From: Patescibacteria group bacterium
GTDB lineage: Bacteria; Patescibacteriota; Minisyncoccia; UBA6257; UBA9933
Direction of reading: 5' to 3'
Length of the DNA stretch: 64,000 nt
Assembly: GCA_038065955.1 (NCBI GenBank)
Contig: JBBTPY010000008.1
Coordinates: 4,697-68,696 of the forward strand
Position numbers and translations under genes: made by a program. Below are positions 1 to 10,058 of the stretch, piece after piece. The notes under the pieces were generated by a model. It saw nothing but the letters and a program-made list of their open reading frames with translations, was not told the DNA's origin and did not search any database. Within the stretch, counting starts at the first letter, position 1. Each line of letters opens with the position of its first letter.

Positions 1-1347
1 ACAAATCGGGATTTTCACCTAAAATATTGCCGAAAATAATCATCTGATAATCTCGGGATTTAATAATCCCATTATTAATTTCGGAAAGCGGCCGAATTGA
101 AAAATTTAATTTGACGCCTATTTTCTCCCAATTTTTTTGAATCAAATTGGCGATTTTAATTAAAGATGGAATTTCCGGAACTATTAAATTAAATTCCAGC
201 TTAACTATTTCTTCTTTAAAATTTTTTTCTCTGATATTGTCTTCATTTAAACGCCAGCCCGTTTCTTCAAGCACTGCCATGGATTTTTCAACGGAAAAGC
301 CTTCTTTTTGATAATTTAATCCGCTCTCTCCGTTTTTTTCAAACAACGGCCCCAATGGACCGGAAATCTCCGTCGCCTGACCATTAAAAATTCTTTCAAT
401 AATTTCTCCCCGATTAACGGCCAAATTCAGCGCCAATCTGACATTTTTATCTTTAAAAGCCGGATGAGAATAAGAATTGAAAAAAATCGCGTAGTATTTT
501 AACATCCGTGGCGCGAAAATTTTATGAGGAAAATTAATTTTTGGCGTTTTCCCGAAATCCGCGAGTTCAAAACCGTCAATCGTTCCGGAATTAAACGCTT
601 TAATTTTATCGTCTTCATTTTGATAAAAAACGAAATTAATTTTATCCAAATACGGCCGAACTCCGAAATAATTATCATCGCGCTTTAAGACATAAAGATT
701 AATATAGCCGTCGGGCTGATTTTTAAAAGCCGAAAATTTATACGGCCCGCTGCCGATCGGTTCAAGATTATAATTGGAAAGTTTAATATTGGCGGCCGGA
801 ATATTCCCGAAAATATGCTTGGGAATCGGCTTAAGGCCGCCCAAAATATTTTCAAAAAACGCGTAAGCGACCGGCAATTTAAAAACCGCTTCCCGCTCAC
901 TCACTCTTTGAATGTCAACGCCCTGCCAGCTTTGAGCCAACGGCGAATAAGCGTCGGCGCTCTGAATAGTCTGAATCGTAAAAATAATATCATCACTGGT
1001 AATTTTTTCCCCGTCTTGCCAAACAAGACCGTCCTTTAACCGATAGCGCCAAACCTTTCCATTTTCTTCCGAACGGTAATTTTCCGCCAAATCCGCCAAA
1101 TCGGCGAAAATTAATTCCGTCAAATCTCGATCAATGGCGGAAACCGCCAAAACCGGATTGACAAAACTCGGCTGGCCGACCATTCCTTCCGAATATTCGC
1201 CACCTGAAACCGGAATAATTTCGGTATTTTTATCAATAAATCCAATCGCCATCAAAGCGGAAGCCACGAAAAACGCCGATAAAACAAAGAAAAACATCAG
1301 GCGTTCATTGCGAGAAAAAGATTTCAATAATTGAATTAATAAAGGCA
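1..1347 (-). CDS. ABC transporter substrate-binding protein, family 5 (peptide/nickel type), C-terminus beyond window edge
   Basis: Manual reverse-complement translation from ATG at 1345-1347 gives MPLLIQLLKSF...signal/TM then long SBP_bac_5-like sequence (..NPVLAVSAIDRDLTELIFADL..WQDGEKITSDD..); not in ORF track because it runs off window. Confidence 0.55.
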
Positions 1348-1387
1348 TCTAAAGAAAAGATAGCGCTAAGCCGTCAAAAACAAAGAA

Positions 1388-1636
1388 TTATTTATAAAGA
1401 TTGAATAAAGACAAACCCACAAGCGCGATAATTAAAATAACGGTGGCGGAAAATATCAATCGTTCCATCCCCCTTCTGGTGGAATAAAATCCTTCCTGAC
1501 CCCCTCCAAAAACGGCGGAAAATCCTGAAGAACGCTCCTGAAGCAGAATCAGCGCGATAATAACGACCGAAATAATAATTTGAGCAAGATTAAGATACAA
1601 TTTAATGATTATAAAGTCTTTTTGCGAAAAAGCCAA
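1388..1636 (-). CDS. secG: preprotein translocase subunit SecG
   Basis: 82 aa; TM helix followed by LLQERSSG..FGGG motif and second TM, typical SecG. Confidence 0.75.
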   Translation of the reverse strand: MAFSQKDFIIIKLYLNLAQIIISVVIIALILLQERSSGFSAVFGGGQEGFYSTRRGMERLIFSATVILIIALVGLSLFNLYK

Positions 1637-1967
1637 TAATTAAATTAACGACTCCGATAATAAGAGTGGCGTAAAGCAACGGCAGTATTCCCGTAATACT
1701 AATGTAATTGGAAAAAAAGTCAAGAAGATAAAGAACAGCTGCATTGACAAAAATAATTCCCAAACCGAAAGTGATAAAAATAATCGGACTAAAAATCAGC
1801 TTCAAAATAGGCTTTATAAATAAATTTATTAAAGTAAAAACCGCGGCGATAATTAAAATCTCCTTAAAACCGCCGGTAATTTCAAATTCTTTAATAAAAT
1901 AAGCCGCGGCCAATAAAGCCGTTAAATTGGAAAGTAACGCGAAAATTATTCTCAAAATTAATTTCAT
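1602..1967 (-). CDS. small 4-TM membrane protein (phage holin superfamily IV-like)
   Basis: 121 aa, four hydrophobic helices, resembles PF04020-type proteins; overlaps secG start by 35 nt. Confidence 0.4.
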   Translation of the reverse strand: MKLILRIIFALLSNLTALLAAAYFIKEFEITGGFKEILIIAAVFTLINLFIKPILKLIFSPIIFITFGLGIIFVNAAVLYLLDFFSNYISITGILPLLYATLIIGVVNLIIGFFAKRLYNH

Positions 1968-2073
1968 AATTTATCCACAGGCCAACTTGGCTTATTTGAA
2001 TTTTTGATTATAATTAAAATATGGTTTCAAAGGTCGAATTAAATCAAGAATTATTAATTCAGTTTAACAAAAA

Positions 2074-2748
2074 ATGTTGCAAACTTTAATAGATGTGACC
2101 GTCGTTTCCCTTTTGAACGTTTGGACGGGAGTCATCGGTTTTATCCCTTCGCTTATCGGCGCTTTAATAGTTTTAATTATCGGCTTGATTGTCGCCAGCG
2201 GCGTGAGATCGCTGATTGAAAAAATCGTCGGCTTGTTAAAAATAAACGATTTGCTTAAAAAAATCGGAGTTGATGTTTATGTTGAGCGCGCCGGTCTGCG
2301 ATTGAATTCGGAAAAGTTCGTCGGCGGCTTGGTATATTGGTTTTTAATTATCGTTTTTATTTTAGCCGTTACCGATATCTTGGAACTTGAAGGGCTTTCG
2401 CTGTTTTTGAAAGATGTTGTCAGTTATATCCCGAACATTATCGCGGCGGTTTTAATAATGCTGGCCACGATTGTGGTCGCCAATTTTTCAAGATCGCTGG
2501 TTAAAGCCTCTGTGATGAGCGCCAAACTCCACGCTTCAAATTTCTTATCGACTTTGGCCTGGTGGGCGATTGCGATTTTCGGCCTTTTGGCCGCTTTAAT
2601 CCAATTAGGAGTCGCGCCGATGCTGTTAAACACCGTCATTACCGGTTTGATCGCGATGGTGGCGATTGCCGGCGGCATTGCTTTCGGCATGGGAGGTAAA
2701 GATTACGCCGCTCATTTAATCAATAAATTAAGAGAGCGAACGGAATAA
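2074..2748 (+). CDS. integral membrane protein, function unknown
   Basis: 224 aa, multiple TM helices, no recognisable catalytic motif. Confidence 0.4.
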   Translation: MLQTLIDVTVVSLLNVWTGVIGFIPSLIGALIVLIIGLIVASGVRSLIEKIVGLLKINDLLKKIGVDVYVERAGLRLNSEKFVGGLVYWFLIIVFILAVTDILELEGLSLFLKDVVSYIPNIIAAVLIMLATIVVANFSRSLVKASVMSAKLHASNFLSTLAWWAIAIFGLLAALIQLGVAPMLLNTVITGLIAMVAIAGGIAFGMGGKDYAAHLINKLRERTE

Positions 2749-2774
2749 TTGAAGATATCAAGACTTTAATTAAC

Positions 2775-2803
2775 AAAAAACCCGCCAATTGGCGGGTTTT
2801 TTT
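2775..2803. terminator. bidirectional rho-independent terminator
   Basis: aaaaaaCCCGCCaattGGCGGGttttttt between convergent genes 2074..2748(+) and 2815..3711(-). Confidence 0.8.
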
Positions 2804-2814
2804 GTCAGTTAAAA

Positions 2815-3711
2815 CTAATTATCGTGTGTTTTATTTTTCAACTTATCCAAGCCCAAATCATAATCAATTTCCGCGTAAATCTTTAATTGAGGAGCAGGCT
2901 TAATATTGGAAATTATCTCAATGGTTTTAAAAAATCTGCCTTCCGGTTCTTCATGAAGATTAGGGTCAAAAGAAACTGTGATTACCGCTTTCTCGCCGGC
3001 TGCGATTTCTTTTTTGTTTATTTTAGCGGACGCGCAAGCGCAGGATGTCGGAAGAGAAGAAACAACTACTTTTTCCGAGCCGTTATTGATAATTTCAAAA
3101 TCCGCGCTGACAATACCCTGGCTTTGTTTAACAACTCCAAAATCATATTCCATTTTGAGAATATAAAGCGACGGCCCGGAAACGCGCGGGATTTCTTTAA
3201 CAACGTCTCCTTTGAATTTCAGAACGATTTTGGGCGTTTCTTTGGAATCCGTCTCCAAATAAACCTCTCTTAAAATCTCGCCTATAGCGTCCGGGCCATG
3301 AGCCAATGGATTAAAAACAGCTTTAACAAACATAGACTCGCCGGCCGGCGCTTTAATATCGGCGCTTGAATTTTGGCCACCGTGGCCCGGCATGCCGTAA
3401 GGGCCGTAATTTTTATCGCTAATGGTTATTCTCGCCTCCGTGCACATACAGGAAGTGTAAACTTTTTTTATTTTAACCGGTCCTTCCCCTTCGTTTTTGA
3501 GCTCAAAAATGTGGCTCACTTTTCCGCCCATTATCGGAATAACGCCTAAATCAAAATTATTATCCAAAACAACCAGATTGCCCGAAGAATCGGCCGAAGA
3601 ACCTGTATCGCTTTTATTAATAACCGTCAAAGCCGCCAAAATTATTAAAACAATAACGGCAATGCCGATAAAAATCGTGTTTTTATTATTCATATTCTTA
3701 TAATATATCAT
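2815..3711 (-). CDS. membrane-anchored protein with two DUF1573-like domains
   Basis: N-terminal TM anchor; two repeats each with conserved TSC(M/A)C motif (YTSCMCTEA.., PTSCACASA..) characteristic of DUF1573. Confidence 0.5.
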   Translation of the reverse strand: MIYYKNMNNKNTIFIGIAVIVLIILAALTVINKSDTGSSADSSGNLVVLDNNFDLGVIPIMGGKVSHIFELKNEGEGPVKIKKVYTSCMCTEARITISDKNYGPYGMPGHGGQNSSADIKAPAGESMFVKAVFNPLAHGPDAIGEILREVYLETDSKETPKIVLKFKGDVVKEIPRVSGPSLYILKMEYDFGVVKQSQGIVSADFEIINNGSEKVVVSSLPTSCACASAKINKKEIAAGEKAVITVSFDPNLHEEPEGRFFKTIEIISNIKPAPQLKIYAEIDYDLGLDKLKNKTHDN

Positions 3712-3740
3712 AACCGCCGTAGTAATCCAAAGTCAGATTG

Positions 3741-3815
3741 TGGTGTCCTCGACAGGAATCGAACCTGTACCGCCTCCTTCGGAGGGAGGCATTGTATCCA
3801 TTCAACTACGAGGAC
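3741..3815 (-). tRNA. tRNA-Arg (anticodon CCG)
   Basis: Reverse complement folds as cloverleaf: acceptor GTCCTCG/CGAGGAC, D-arm with GG, anticodon stem CCTCC/GGAGG with loop CTCCGAA (U33, CCG, A37), T-arm ACAGG-TTCGATT-CCTGT, discriminator A and encoded CCA. Confidence 0.85.
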
Positions 3816-3827
3816 ATTCGCTATTCG

Positions 3828-4331
3828 CTATATTCTAAATTCTATTTTAACATACGCCACATCGCTTGGCGCTGGAGAATAAGTAATTTTTACTTCAGCC
3901 TTCTTAAAAGTTTCTTTGATTTTTTTCGCCAATTTCACCGCCAATTGATTTTCAGTTGTCGTTATTATTAAATTTTCACCGATTTCTTTAACGGCAATTA
4001 ACCTGTCCATTGGGTCGCGTTCGTAAGCTTTTTTACAAAATAATTCTATTAAATGTTTTAAGTCATTTTTTATTTTAACCGGCGCGTTTTTAATGACAAT
4101 CTCGCCTTCAAACTGCTTATTTTTAATCATTTGGCAAGCCGGACAAAGTGAAAATTTAACGGCCGTATCGTCCAAATTTTTACAATCATTTAAACTATGG
4201 CGCCATGATTTTACGCAATAAGCGGCGTCGCAATTTTTACAAATAACCACGCCTTTTTCACCTTTTAAGATTTCATGTTTTTCCCTCCGCCGCGGAATTA
4301 TTTTATTGTCATATTGTTTGCGTTTAAGCAT
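3828..4331 (-). CDS. hypothetical protein with N-terminal CxxC...CxxC zinc ribbon
   Basis: 167 aa; CKNCDAAYC...CPACQ followed by ~100 aa domain; no confident family assignment. Confidence 0.35.
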   Translation of the reverse strand: MLKRKQYDNKIIPRRREKHEILKGEKGVVICKNCDAAYCVKSWRHSLNDCKNLDDTAVKFSLCPACQMIKNKQFEGEIVIKNAPVKIKNDLKHLIELFCKKAYERDPMDRLIAVKEIGENLIITTTENQLAVKLAKKIKETFKKAEVKITYSPAPSDVAYVKIEFRI

Positions 4332-4373
4332 ATTAATAATAAATTTTGAATTTTAAATCAATTGAAAATTGTT

Positions 4374-5501
4374 TTAATAAATCAAAGTATAAATAATACC
4401 GCCGCCAAAAACAAGCAAAAGCCCGTAAATTATGAACGGGTTGATTTTTTGAAAAAATTGATTTTCATTCGGAATTTTAGAAGCCTTCCGCCACATCAAA
4501 ATAATTAAAATTCCTTCAATGCTGATAAAAAGCCCGCCGACAAACGCCACTAGTCCCAAAAAATTTTTGAAACCCAAAAAATAAAGCGTGAGAGGAGAAA
4601 AAATCGCGATTAATCCGGCGTAAAAATGAGGAAAATTCAAATCGTGTTCAAAACTTTTCTTGATATTCCGGCCGATAACAATATAAGTGCTCCATAAAGA
4701 AACCGCTCCTAAAACGCCCAAAGCGGCTAAAAATAAAAAGGGCAGACGATTAACCAGTCCGGAAACCGCGTCTTCGGAAATTTCTCCCGACAATTTCCAG
4801 ACTCCGGCGACAAAAATAAAATAAATAACGGCCGGAATCAAACTCCCTAAAATAATCGGCAATTTGGCTTTTTTAACCGATTCGCCGTTGTTGCGGAAAT
4901 ATCCCAAAACCGTCGGAATAACCACGCCGCCGGACAAAGCGAAAAGCGCGGCGCCGTAAGGGAATAAAAAATAATTAAAATTTATCAAAGGTATCGCCGA
5001 TAATCTCCCAAAATCCGCGCCACCGTAAAAAAATAACGCCAAAATAATAAAAGTTGACAAAATTAAAATCGAAAATTCCGAAATTGTCAGTTTGTTAATG
5101 TTGATAAAAATAATAATTGAGCCCAAAAACCAAAATCCCAAAAGTTTATAAATGTCCGGCCAAGACGCGCCGCCGACCAAATTGACGAAACTCACGGATA
5201 AAATCAAATAAATGGTCAAAGCGAAAATGGCGCCGACAACGGAAAGTAAAAAAGCCAGCCAAAAACCGATTCTGCCGAAATAAATTTTCGCGTATCCCAA
5301 TAAACGATGATTTTCCGGAGTGCGGACGATAATATCGGCGTACATCAAATGAATCAAAACAATAATTAAAGAAAAAAATAATAAATAAAAAACGCCGCTG
5401 AAAATTCCGGCTTTGGCGAAAACATAAGGCAACGCGAACATGCCCGCGCCGATGATTGTTGCAGCCAGCAAAGAAGCCGGCAAAATGATATTTTTATACA
5501 C
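4374..5501 (-). CDS. amino acid permease-like transporter (Aa_trans/HAAAP-like)
   Basis: 375 aa, ~11 TM; N-terminal GAGMFALPY motif typical of amino-acid/auxin permease superfamily. Confidence 0.45.
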   Translation of the reverse strand: MYKNIILPASLLAATIIGAGMFALPYVFAKAGIFSGVFYLLFFSLIIVLIHLMYADIIVRTPENHRLLGYAKIYFGRIGFWLAFLLSVVGAIFALTIYLILSVSFVNLVGGASWPDIYKLLGFWFLGSIIIFININKLTISEFSILILSTFIILALFFYGGADFGRLSAIPLINFNYFLFPYGAALFALSGGVVIPTVLGYFRNNGESVKKAKLPIILGSLIPAVIYFIFVAGVWKLSGEISEDAVSGLVNRLPFLFLAALGVLGAVSLWSTYIVIGRNIKKSFEHDLNFPHFYAGLIAIFSPLTLYFLGFKNFLGLVAFVGGLFISIEGILIILMWRKASKIPNENQFFQKINPFIIYGLLLVFGGGIIYTLIY

Positions 5502-5745
5502 CGTAAATTTCGTCTCCTTCTCTTACTTTTTCGTCTGTTTTAATCCCCACTTCCTGCCCTTTTTTGGCGCTTTCAATGTCTTTATGGTCATACTGTATTG
5601 AATTAATATCCTGTTCAAAATCCGTATGAGCTCCCTTAAAATGAACGCGCTCGCCTTTCTTGACCGCTTTTTTAAACTTTGCGATTGCTACGCCAAGATG
5701 GCCGTAATAATGAGTAATTTTGCCGATGAGAGTTTCTTTAGCCAT
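5494..5745 (-). CDS. small hypothetical protein (beta-barrel, EF-Tu domain-2-like?)
   Basis: Likely start at MAKETLIGKITHYYG (ATG 5745) rather than upstream ATG that lies inside a hairpin; weak family resemblance only. Confidence 0.3.
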   Translation of the reverse strand: MAKETLIGKITHYYGHLGVAIAKFKKAVKKGERVHFKGAHTDFEQDINSIQYDHKDIESAKKGQEVGIKTDEKVREGDEIYGV

Positions 5746-5774
5746 AATTTTTTGACTTTTATTTCGACCTTTAT

Positions 5775-5800
5775 CCCCCACATAACAAGTTATGTGGGGG
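5775..5800. terminator. strong hairpin (terminator-like) after LOG-family gene
   Basis: CCCCCACATAACaaGTTATGTGGGGG perfect 12-bp stem; second related half-site TTATCCCCC...GTTATGTGGGGA follows to 5835. Confidence 0.45.
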
Positions 5801-5833
5801 ATTTATCCCCCGCGCAATTTGTTATGTGGGGAC

Positions 5834-6436
5834 TTACAAAGAACCGCTGTGATGATTATTTTCTTTTTCTTTTTTAATCACCTCAACTAATTTATCCAGA
5901 AGCTCTTTGGGATTTTTAGCGTAGACTATTTTATCTTTCATTTCGTCGGCGCGATGGGATTTTTCAATTAAAATTTTAAACACTTCGTCGGTTTCCCAGT
6001 CGCCCTCTAAAATACCTATCGGCTTTTTATCCTCAAAGGCGATAGTAAATTCATTAAGCGTCCCCATCCGGCCACAACCGACAATAACGGCGTCTGCGGC
6101 GCGAGTTAAAAGTAAATTTCTGCCGGAATAACCGGCGCCGGTGTAAATAATAAAATCGTGATTGTCCGTCGGCAGTTTATAAACATTGATGTGTTCCCTT
6201 TCGGTATCGGCCGGCGAAAAACCGACGACAATGCCGCCGACTTCTTTGGCGCCCTTGGCCGCCCAATAAGGAAAACCTGTGGTGGCGCCTTCAATTAAAA
6301 CCGCGTCGTGGCGAACGATTTCTTTGCCTAATTCCTCGGCTTTTTTAAAAGCGTCGGCGCCGCAATATCCGGTCTCGGCGGCGCCGGAAACGCAGATTTT
6401 ATATTTATAAACCGTATGGCAAATATTGTTGTCCAT
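5834..6436 (-). CDS. LOG/TIGR00725-family Rossmann-fold nucleotide-binding protein
   Basis: 200 aa; ..VSGAAETG..GADAF..GG.VVGFSP..GAGYSGRNLL.. pattern typical of SLOG/TIGR00725 proteins. Confidence 0.55.
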   Translation of the reverse strand: MDNNICHTVYKYKICVSGAAETGYCGADAFKKAEELGKEIVRHDAVLIEGATTGFPYWAAKGAKEVGGIVVGFSPADTEREHINVYKLPTDNHDFIIYTGAGYSGRNLLLTRAADAVIVGCGRMGTLNEFTIAFEDKKPIGILEGDWETDEVFKILIEKSHRADEMKDKIVYAKNPKELLDKLVEVIKKEKENNHHSGSL

Positions 6437-6444
6437 AATTTATA

Positions 6445-7800
6445 TTATAACACGAACTCGTCTCCTTTTGAAGGAACAACGGCTTCAACCGCCAGAACAT
6501 CCTGAATTTTTTCCGCCAAGGGCAAAGATTGGTCTTCTTCGCCTTGAACCACAAAAACTTTTTTAAGAGATGATTTAACCGGCGCCAGCCAATCGATTAT
6601 TTTCTTCTGGTCCGCATGGGCCGAATAACCGCTGATGGATATTACCCGGCAATTAACCGCCACTTCAACGCCGAAAATTTTGACGCTTTTGGCGCCGTCT
6701 AAAATTTGTCTGCCTAACGACCCTTTAGCCTGATAACCGATAAACAGAATCGCGCTTTTCGGGTCTGATAAATAACGCATTTCATGGTGTAAAATGCGAC
6801 CGCCCTGCGACATCCCGGAACCGGCGATAATCACTTTCGGCCCCTTAATGTTATTTATTTCTTTTGACTGTTCCGAAGTTAAAGTCAATTTTAATCCCGG
6901 AAAATCAAAAATCGCGTCGCCCTTGCGAATTAAAAATAAAGATTCGTCGTCAATATAATCGCCGTTTGAATATTTTTTATAAATGGAAGTAAGCCTGATA
7001 GCTAAAGGACTGTCAATAAAAATCGGCACCTTTGGAACCCGGCCGTTTTCCACCAGTTCATTAAGCTCAAAAAGCAAATCCTGGGTTCTTTCCATGGCAA
7101 AAGCCGGAATTAAAAGCGCGCCGCCGGATTTAAACGTGTTTTCAATTAAATTTTCAATAATGTCTTTTCTAATTTTTAAATCTTCATGAATCCGATTGCC
7201 GTAAGTTGACTCCGTTAAAACATAATCCGCTTCCGGCAATAATTCGGTGTCTTTCACTAAAGGAGCGGCAATATTCCCCAAGTCGCCGGAAAAAACTATT
7301 TTTTTACTCTCTGCGGCGACAGAAATAAAACTTGAACCCAAAATATGGCCGGCGTCGTAAAATTCTATTTCAAAATCTTTTATCATAAATTTTTGACGGT
7401 AATTAATCGTCCGCCATAAAGCCATTGTTTTATTGACATCGTCAATCGAATAAACCGGCTCCAAATTTTTTTCTTGCGCGTTTTTATTCAATAAATGTTC
7501 GGAATCAATTAAGAGTTGTTCGGCGAAATCTTTTGTCGGCGGCGTTGAATAAATCTCGCCCCGAAAACCGGCTTTATAAAGCCGGGGCAAGCGGCCGGTA
7601 TGGTCAATATGAGCGTGAGTGATTAAAACCGCGTCAATAGTTTCGGAATTGTAAAGGAATTTCTCAAAATTACATTTCTCGCAATAAGCCGGCCCCTGAA
7701 AAAGCCCGCAATCAACGAGAATTTTAGTTCCTTTGTCGCTTTCCAATAAATAATTGGCGCCGGTAACCGTTCGGGCGCCGCCGTAAAAAGTAAGTTTCAT
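6445..7800 (-). CDS. beta-CASP family MBL-fold metallo-hydrolase (RNA-processing ribonuclease, RNase J/CPSF-like)
   Basis: 451 aa; HAHIDHTG (HxHxDH) metallo-beta-lactamase motif plus beta-CASP region and C-terminal RMMBL-like segment. Confidence 0.7.
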   Translation of the reverse strand: MKLTFYGGARTVTGANYLLESDKGTKILVDCGLFQGPAYCEKCNFEKFLYNSETIDAVLITHAHIDHTGRLPRLYKAGFRGEIYSTPPTKDFAEQLLIDSEHLLNKNAQEKNLEPVYSIDDVNKTMALWRTINYRQKFMIKDFEIEFYDAGHILGSSFISVAAESKKIVFSGDLGNIAAPLVKDTELLPEADYVLTESTYGNRIHEDLKIRKDIIENLIENTFKSGGALLIPAFAMERTQDLLFELNELVENGRVPKVPIFIDSPLAIRLTSIYKKYSNGDYIDDESLFLIRKGDAIFDFPGLKLTLTSEQSKEINNIKGPKVIIAGSGMSQGGRILHHEMRYLSDPKSAILFIGYQAKGSLGRQILDGAKSVKIFGVEVAVNCRVISISGYSAHADQKKIIDWLAPVKSSLKKVFVVQGEEDQSLPLAEKIQDVLAVEAVVPSKGDEFVL

Positions 7801-8294
7801 AATTTGACGCTTATAATTCTTTCGTTTTCTTTTTTGCCGTGCTTAAATTTTATCCAAATAGCGCTTTTGGGCAAATATTTTTTAATAATTCCCGGCCATT
7901 CTATTAAAACGATATTTTTAGGATTTTTTAAAATTTCCTTCAATCCTAAGTCTAAAATCTCCTTTGATTTTTTAAGCCGATAACAATCTATGTGATAAAC
8001 TTTATAACTTTTAACTTTATAACTTTTAACCAATACAAAAGTCGGACTGGTTATTTTTCTTTTAATGCCGGCGCCGGCGATAAATCCTTTGACAAAAGTC
8101 GTTTTGCCGGCCCCTAAATCGCCGCTTAAAGCAAAAACTAATGCGCCGTTCTTGCCATAAAAAATTTCTCCGCTTAATAATTTTGCCAGCGCTTTTGTCT
8201 GTTTAAAAGAAGTTGTTTTTAAAGAAAACATTTCAGCGAGATGAAGTCCGTCATATTCCGCAACCTCCGCCGCCTTTGATTTCCGGCGGTTCAA
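7797..8294 (-). CDS. tsaE: tRNA threonylcarbamoyladenosine biosynthesis protein TsaE
   Basis: 165 aa; LSGDLGAGKTTFVKG...SPTFVLVKSY...Y.HIDCYRL motif set of TsaE/YjeE; contains perfect 15-nt tandem duplication (KSYKVKSYKV). Confidence 0.7.
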   Translation of the reverse strand: MNRRKSKAAEVAEYDGLHLAEMFSLKTTSFKQTKALAKLLSGEIFYGKNGALVFALSGDLGAGKTTFVKGFIAGAGIKRKITSPTFVLVKSYKVKSYKVYHIDCYRLKKSKEILDLGLKEILKNPKNIVLIEWPGIIKKYLPKSAIWIKFKHGKKENERIISVKL

Positions 8295-9159
8295 CTTGGC
8301 TTAAAATATTCTGATAACCGGAAGCGCCGGAATAATCCGGACCTAAAACTTCTTTAGCGTCAATTTTATCCCAAGAAACGTTTTTATTTTTGAAATATTT
8401 GGCAATCGTCAAATAAGTGTCCGGGAACCAATAAGAATTGACCGTTAAAGCGATTTTATACATTTCGTCTTCGCCGATATTCTGGCTGGCCATCAATTCT
8501 AAAAGTCCGAGCATCGCCATTCCGTGATTGCAATCCGGAAAATAAGTTGAATTGCCGCAACAAGGCCGAAAAATGTTTTTGGAAACCATCTCCACGAGCG
8601 CTTGTTGGCTTTCATTTAAAACAATAAAATTATGTTTGCTGTAATGATTCATTGCTTCGCCTTTGGCGATAGTCCAACCGCCAGTTGAAGCGAAACGACC
8701 GGCGCCGCCGAATTTTTCATCGGTCATCGGCCCTTCTTCTAAAATCTTATTTTTATTGCCCAATCCAAGCGCCCATAAAAGATTCAAAACAAATCCGGAA
8801 TTTTGAGAATCAATAACCAAATTGCCGTTATCTTCGCCGTATAAAAGATTTTTATCCGCCTCGCTTAATCCTTCGCGGCCGGCGTAAATTTCTTCAAATT
8901 TTTGACCGTCAATAACACCCGCCTCAACCAATTGTTTCCCCAAATTCCTCCATTTTACCGGCAATTCAACGCCCGGAGAAGGGATTACTTCCTCTTCAAA
9001 ATTTAAACCGTCCGCGTTGTTTTGCGCGGCATCGTTTCGCGGCTCTAAAGATTTTAATCCGGCGCCGTAAATCAAAGCGCCGCCGATTAAAATACCGGCA
9101 ATAGTAATTGAAACCGAAAGCAAATAATCAAATTTTTTTCGCGGCGAATTTTCTTCCAT
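8251..9159 (-). CDS. membrane-anchored hypothetical protein
   Basis: 302 aa, N-terminal TM, Cys-containing C-terminal part, ends GGGGCGI; overlaps tsaE by 44 nt; no family recognised. Confidence 0.4.
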   Translation of the reverse strand: MEENSPRKKFDYLLSVSITIAGILIGGALIYGAGLKSLEPRNDAAQNNADGLNFEEEVIPSPGVELPVKWRNLGKQLVEAGVIDGQKFEEIYAGREGLSEADKNLLYGEDNGNLVIDSQNSGFVLNLLWALGLGNKNKILEEGPMTDEKFGGAGRFASTGGWTIAKGEAMNHYSKHNFIVLNESQQALVEMVSKNIFRPCCGNSTYFPDCNHGMAMLGLLELMASQNIGEDEMYKIALTVNSYWFPDTYLTIAKYFKNKNVSWDKIDAKEVLGPDYSGASGYQNILSQVEPPEIKGGGGCGI

Positions 9160-9194
9160 TGCGATAAAAATAACATAAACTATAATTGAAGTAA

Positions 9195-10058
9195 ATGAAA
9201 AGATTTTTTTTAATTGACGCCAATTCTTTAATTCACCGCTGTTTTCACGCTTTGCCGCCTTTTGTTTCCAAAGACGGCATGGCCACCGGCGCGCTCTACG
9301 GTTTGGCCAGCGTTCTGCTAAAAATTTTCCGCGAGCAAGCGCCGGATTATGTCGCCGCTTTTTTTGACCGGCCGGAACGGACTTTCAGAAAAGAAATGTT
9401 TGAAGAATACAAAGCTCATCGGCCTAAAGCGCCCGATGAATTAGTCAACCAAATTATTGAAGCCCGCAAATTATTCAGCCGATTCGGCGTTAAAATATAC
9501 GAACTGCCGGGCTTTGAAGCCGATGATTTAATCGGCACTGTGACGGAAAAATATAAAAACCTGCCGGACTTGAAAATCGTCATTTTAACCGGCGACTTGG
9601 ATGCGGTTCAACTGGTGGAAAACGACAAAGTGGTTGTTGAAACTTTTAAAAAGGGGATTAGTGAAACGATTATTTACAATGAAGAAGCGGCAAAAATTCG
9701 GTTCGGCGTTCTACCGAAGCAAATGCCCGATTATAAAAGCCTGGTAGGCGACCCTTCGGATAATATTTTAGGCGTGCATGGCATCGGTCCGAAAACCGCC
9801 GCGCCGCTTATTCAAAAATACGGTAATTTGGAAAATCTGCTTGAAAAAGGCCAAAAAGAAAAAGCATTCAATAAAATTAAAGAGTTTGAAGAGCAAGCCC
9901 GGCTTTCAAAAATTCTCGCCCAAATCCATTGCTCGGCTCCGCTGGAGCTCAATGGCTTGGATGAGCTGAAATACAATGGCTTGCCAAAAGAAAGTTTAAG
10001 CGATTATTTTGAAAAACTGGGTTTTAAAACATTAATTAACAGAATTAACTCGGCCTGA
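9195..10058 (+). CDS. stand-alone 5'-3' exonuclease (Pol I N-terminal/FEN-like)
   Basis: 287 aa; LIDANSLIHRCFHA.., ..FDRPERTFR.., EADDLIGT, HhH2 region GIGPKTA; classic 53EXO family. Confidence 0.75.
   Translation: MKRFFLIDANSLIHRCFHALPPFVSKDGMATGALYGLASVLLKIFREQAPDYVAAFFDRPERTFRKEMFEEYKAHRPKAPDELVNQIIEARKLFSRFGVKIYELPGFEADDLIGTVTEKYKNLPDLKIVILTGDLDAVQLVENDKVVVETFKKGISETIIYNEEAAKIRFGVLPKQMPDYKSLVGDPSDNILGVHGIGPKTAAPLIQKYGNLENLLEKGQKEKAFNKIKEFEEQARLSKILAQIHCSAPLELNGLDELKYNGLPKESLSDYFEKLGFKTLINRINSA

Noticed and set aside
2887-3273. 128-aa and 62-aa plus-strand ORFs
   Set aside because: They lie inside and antisense to the DUF1573 gene. They are R/F-rich and give implausible proteins.
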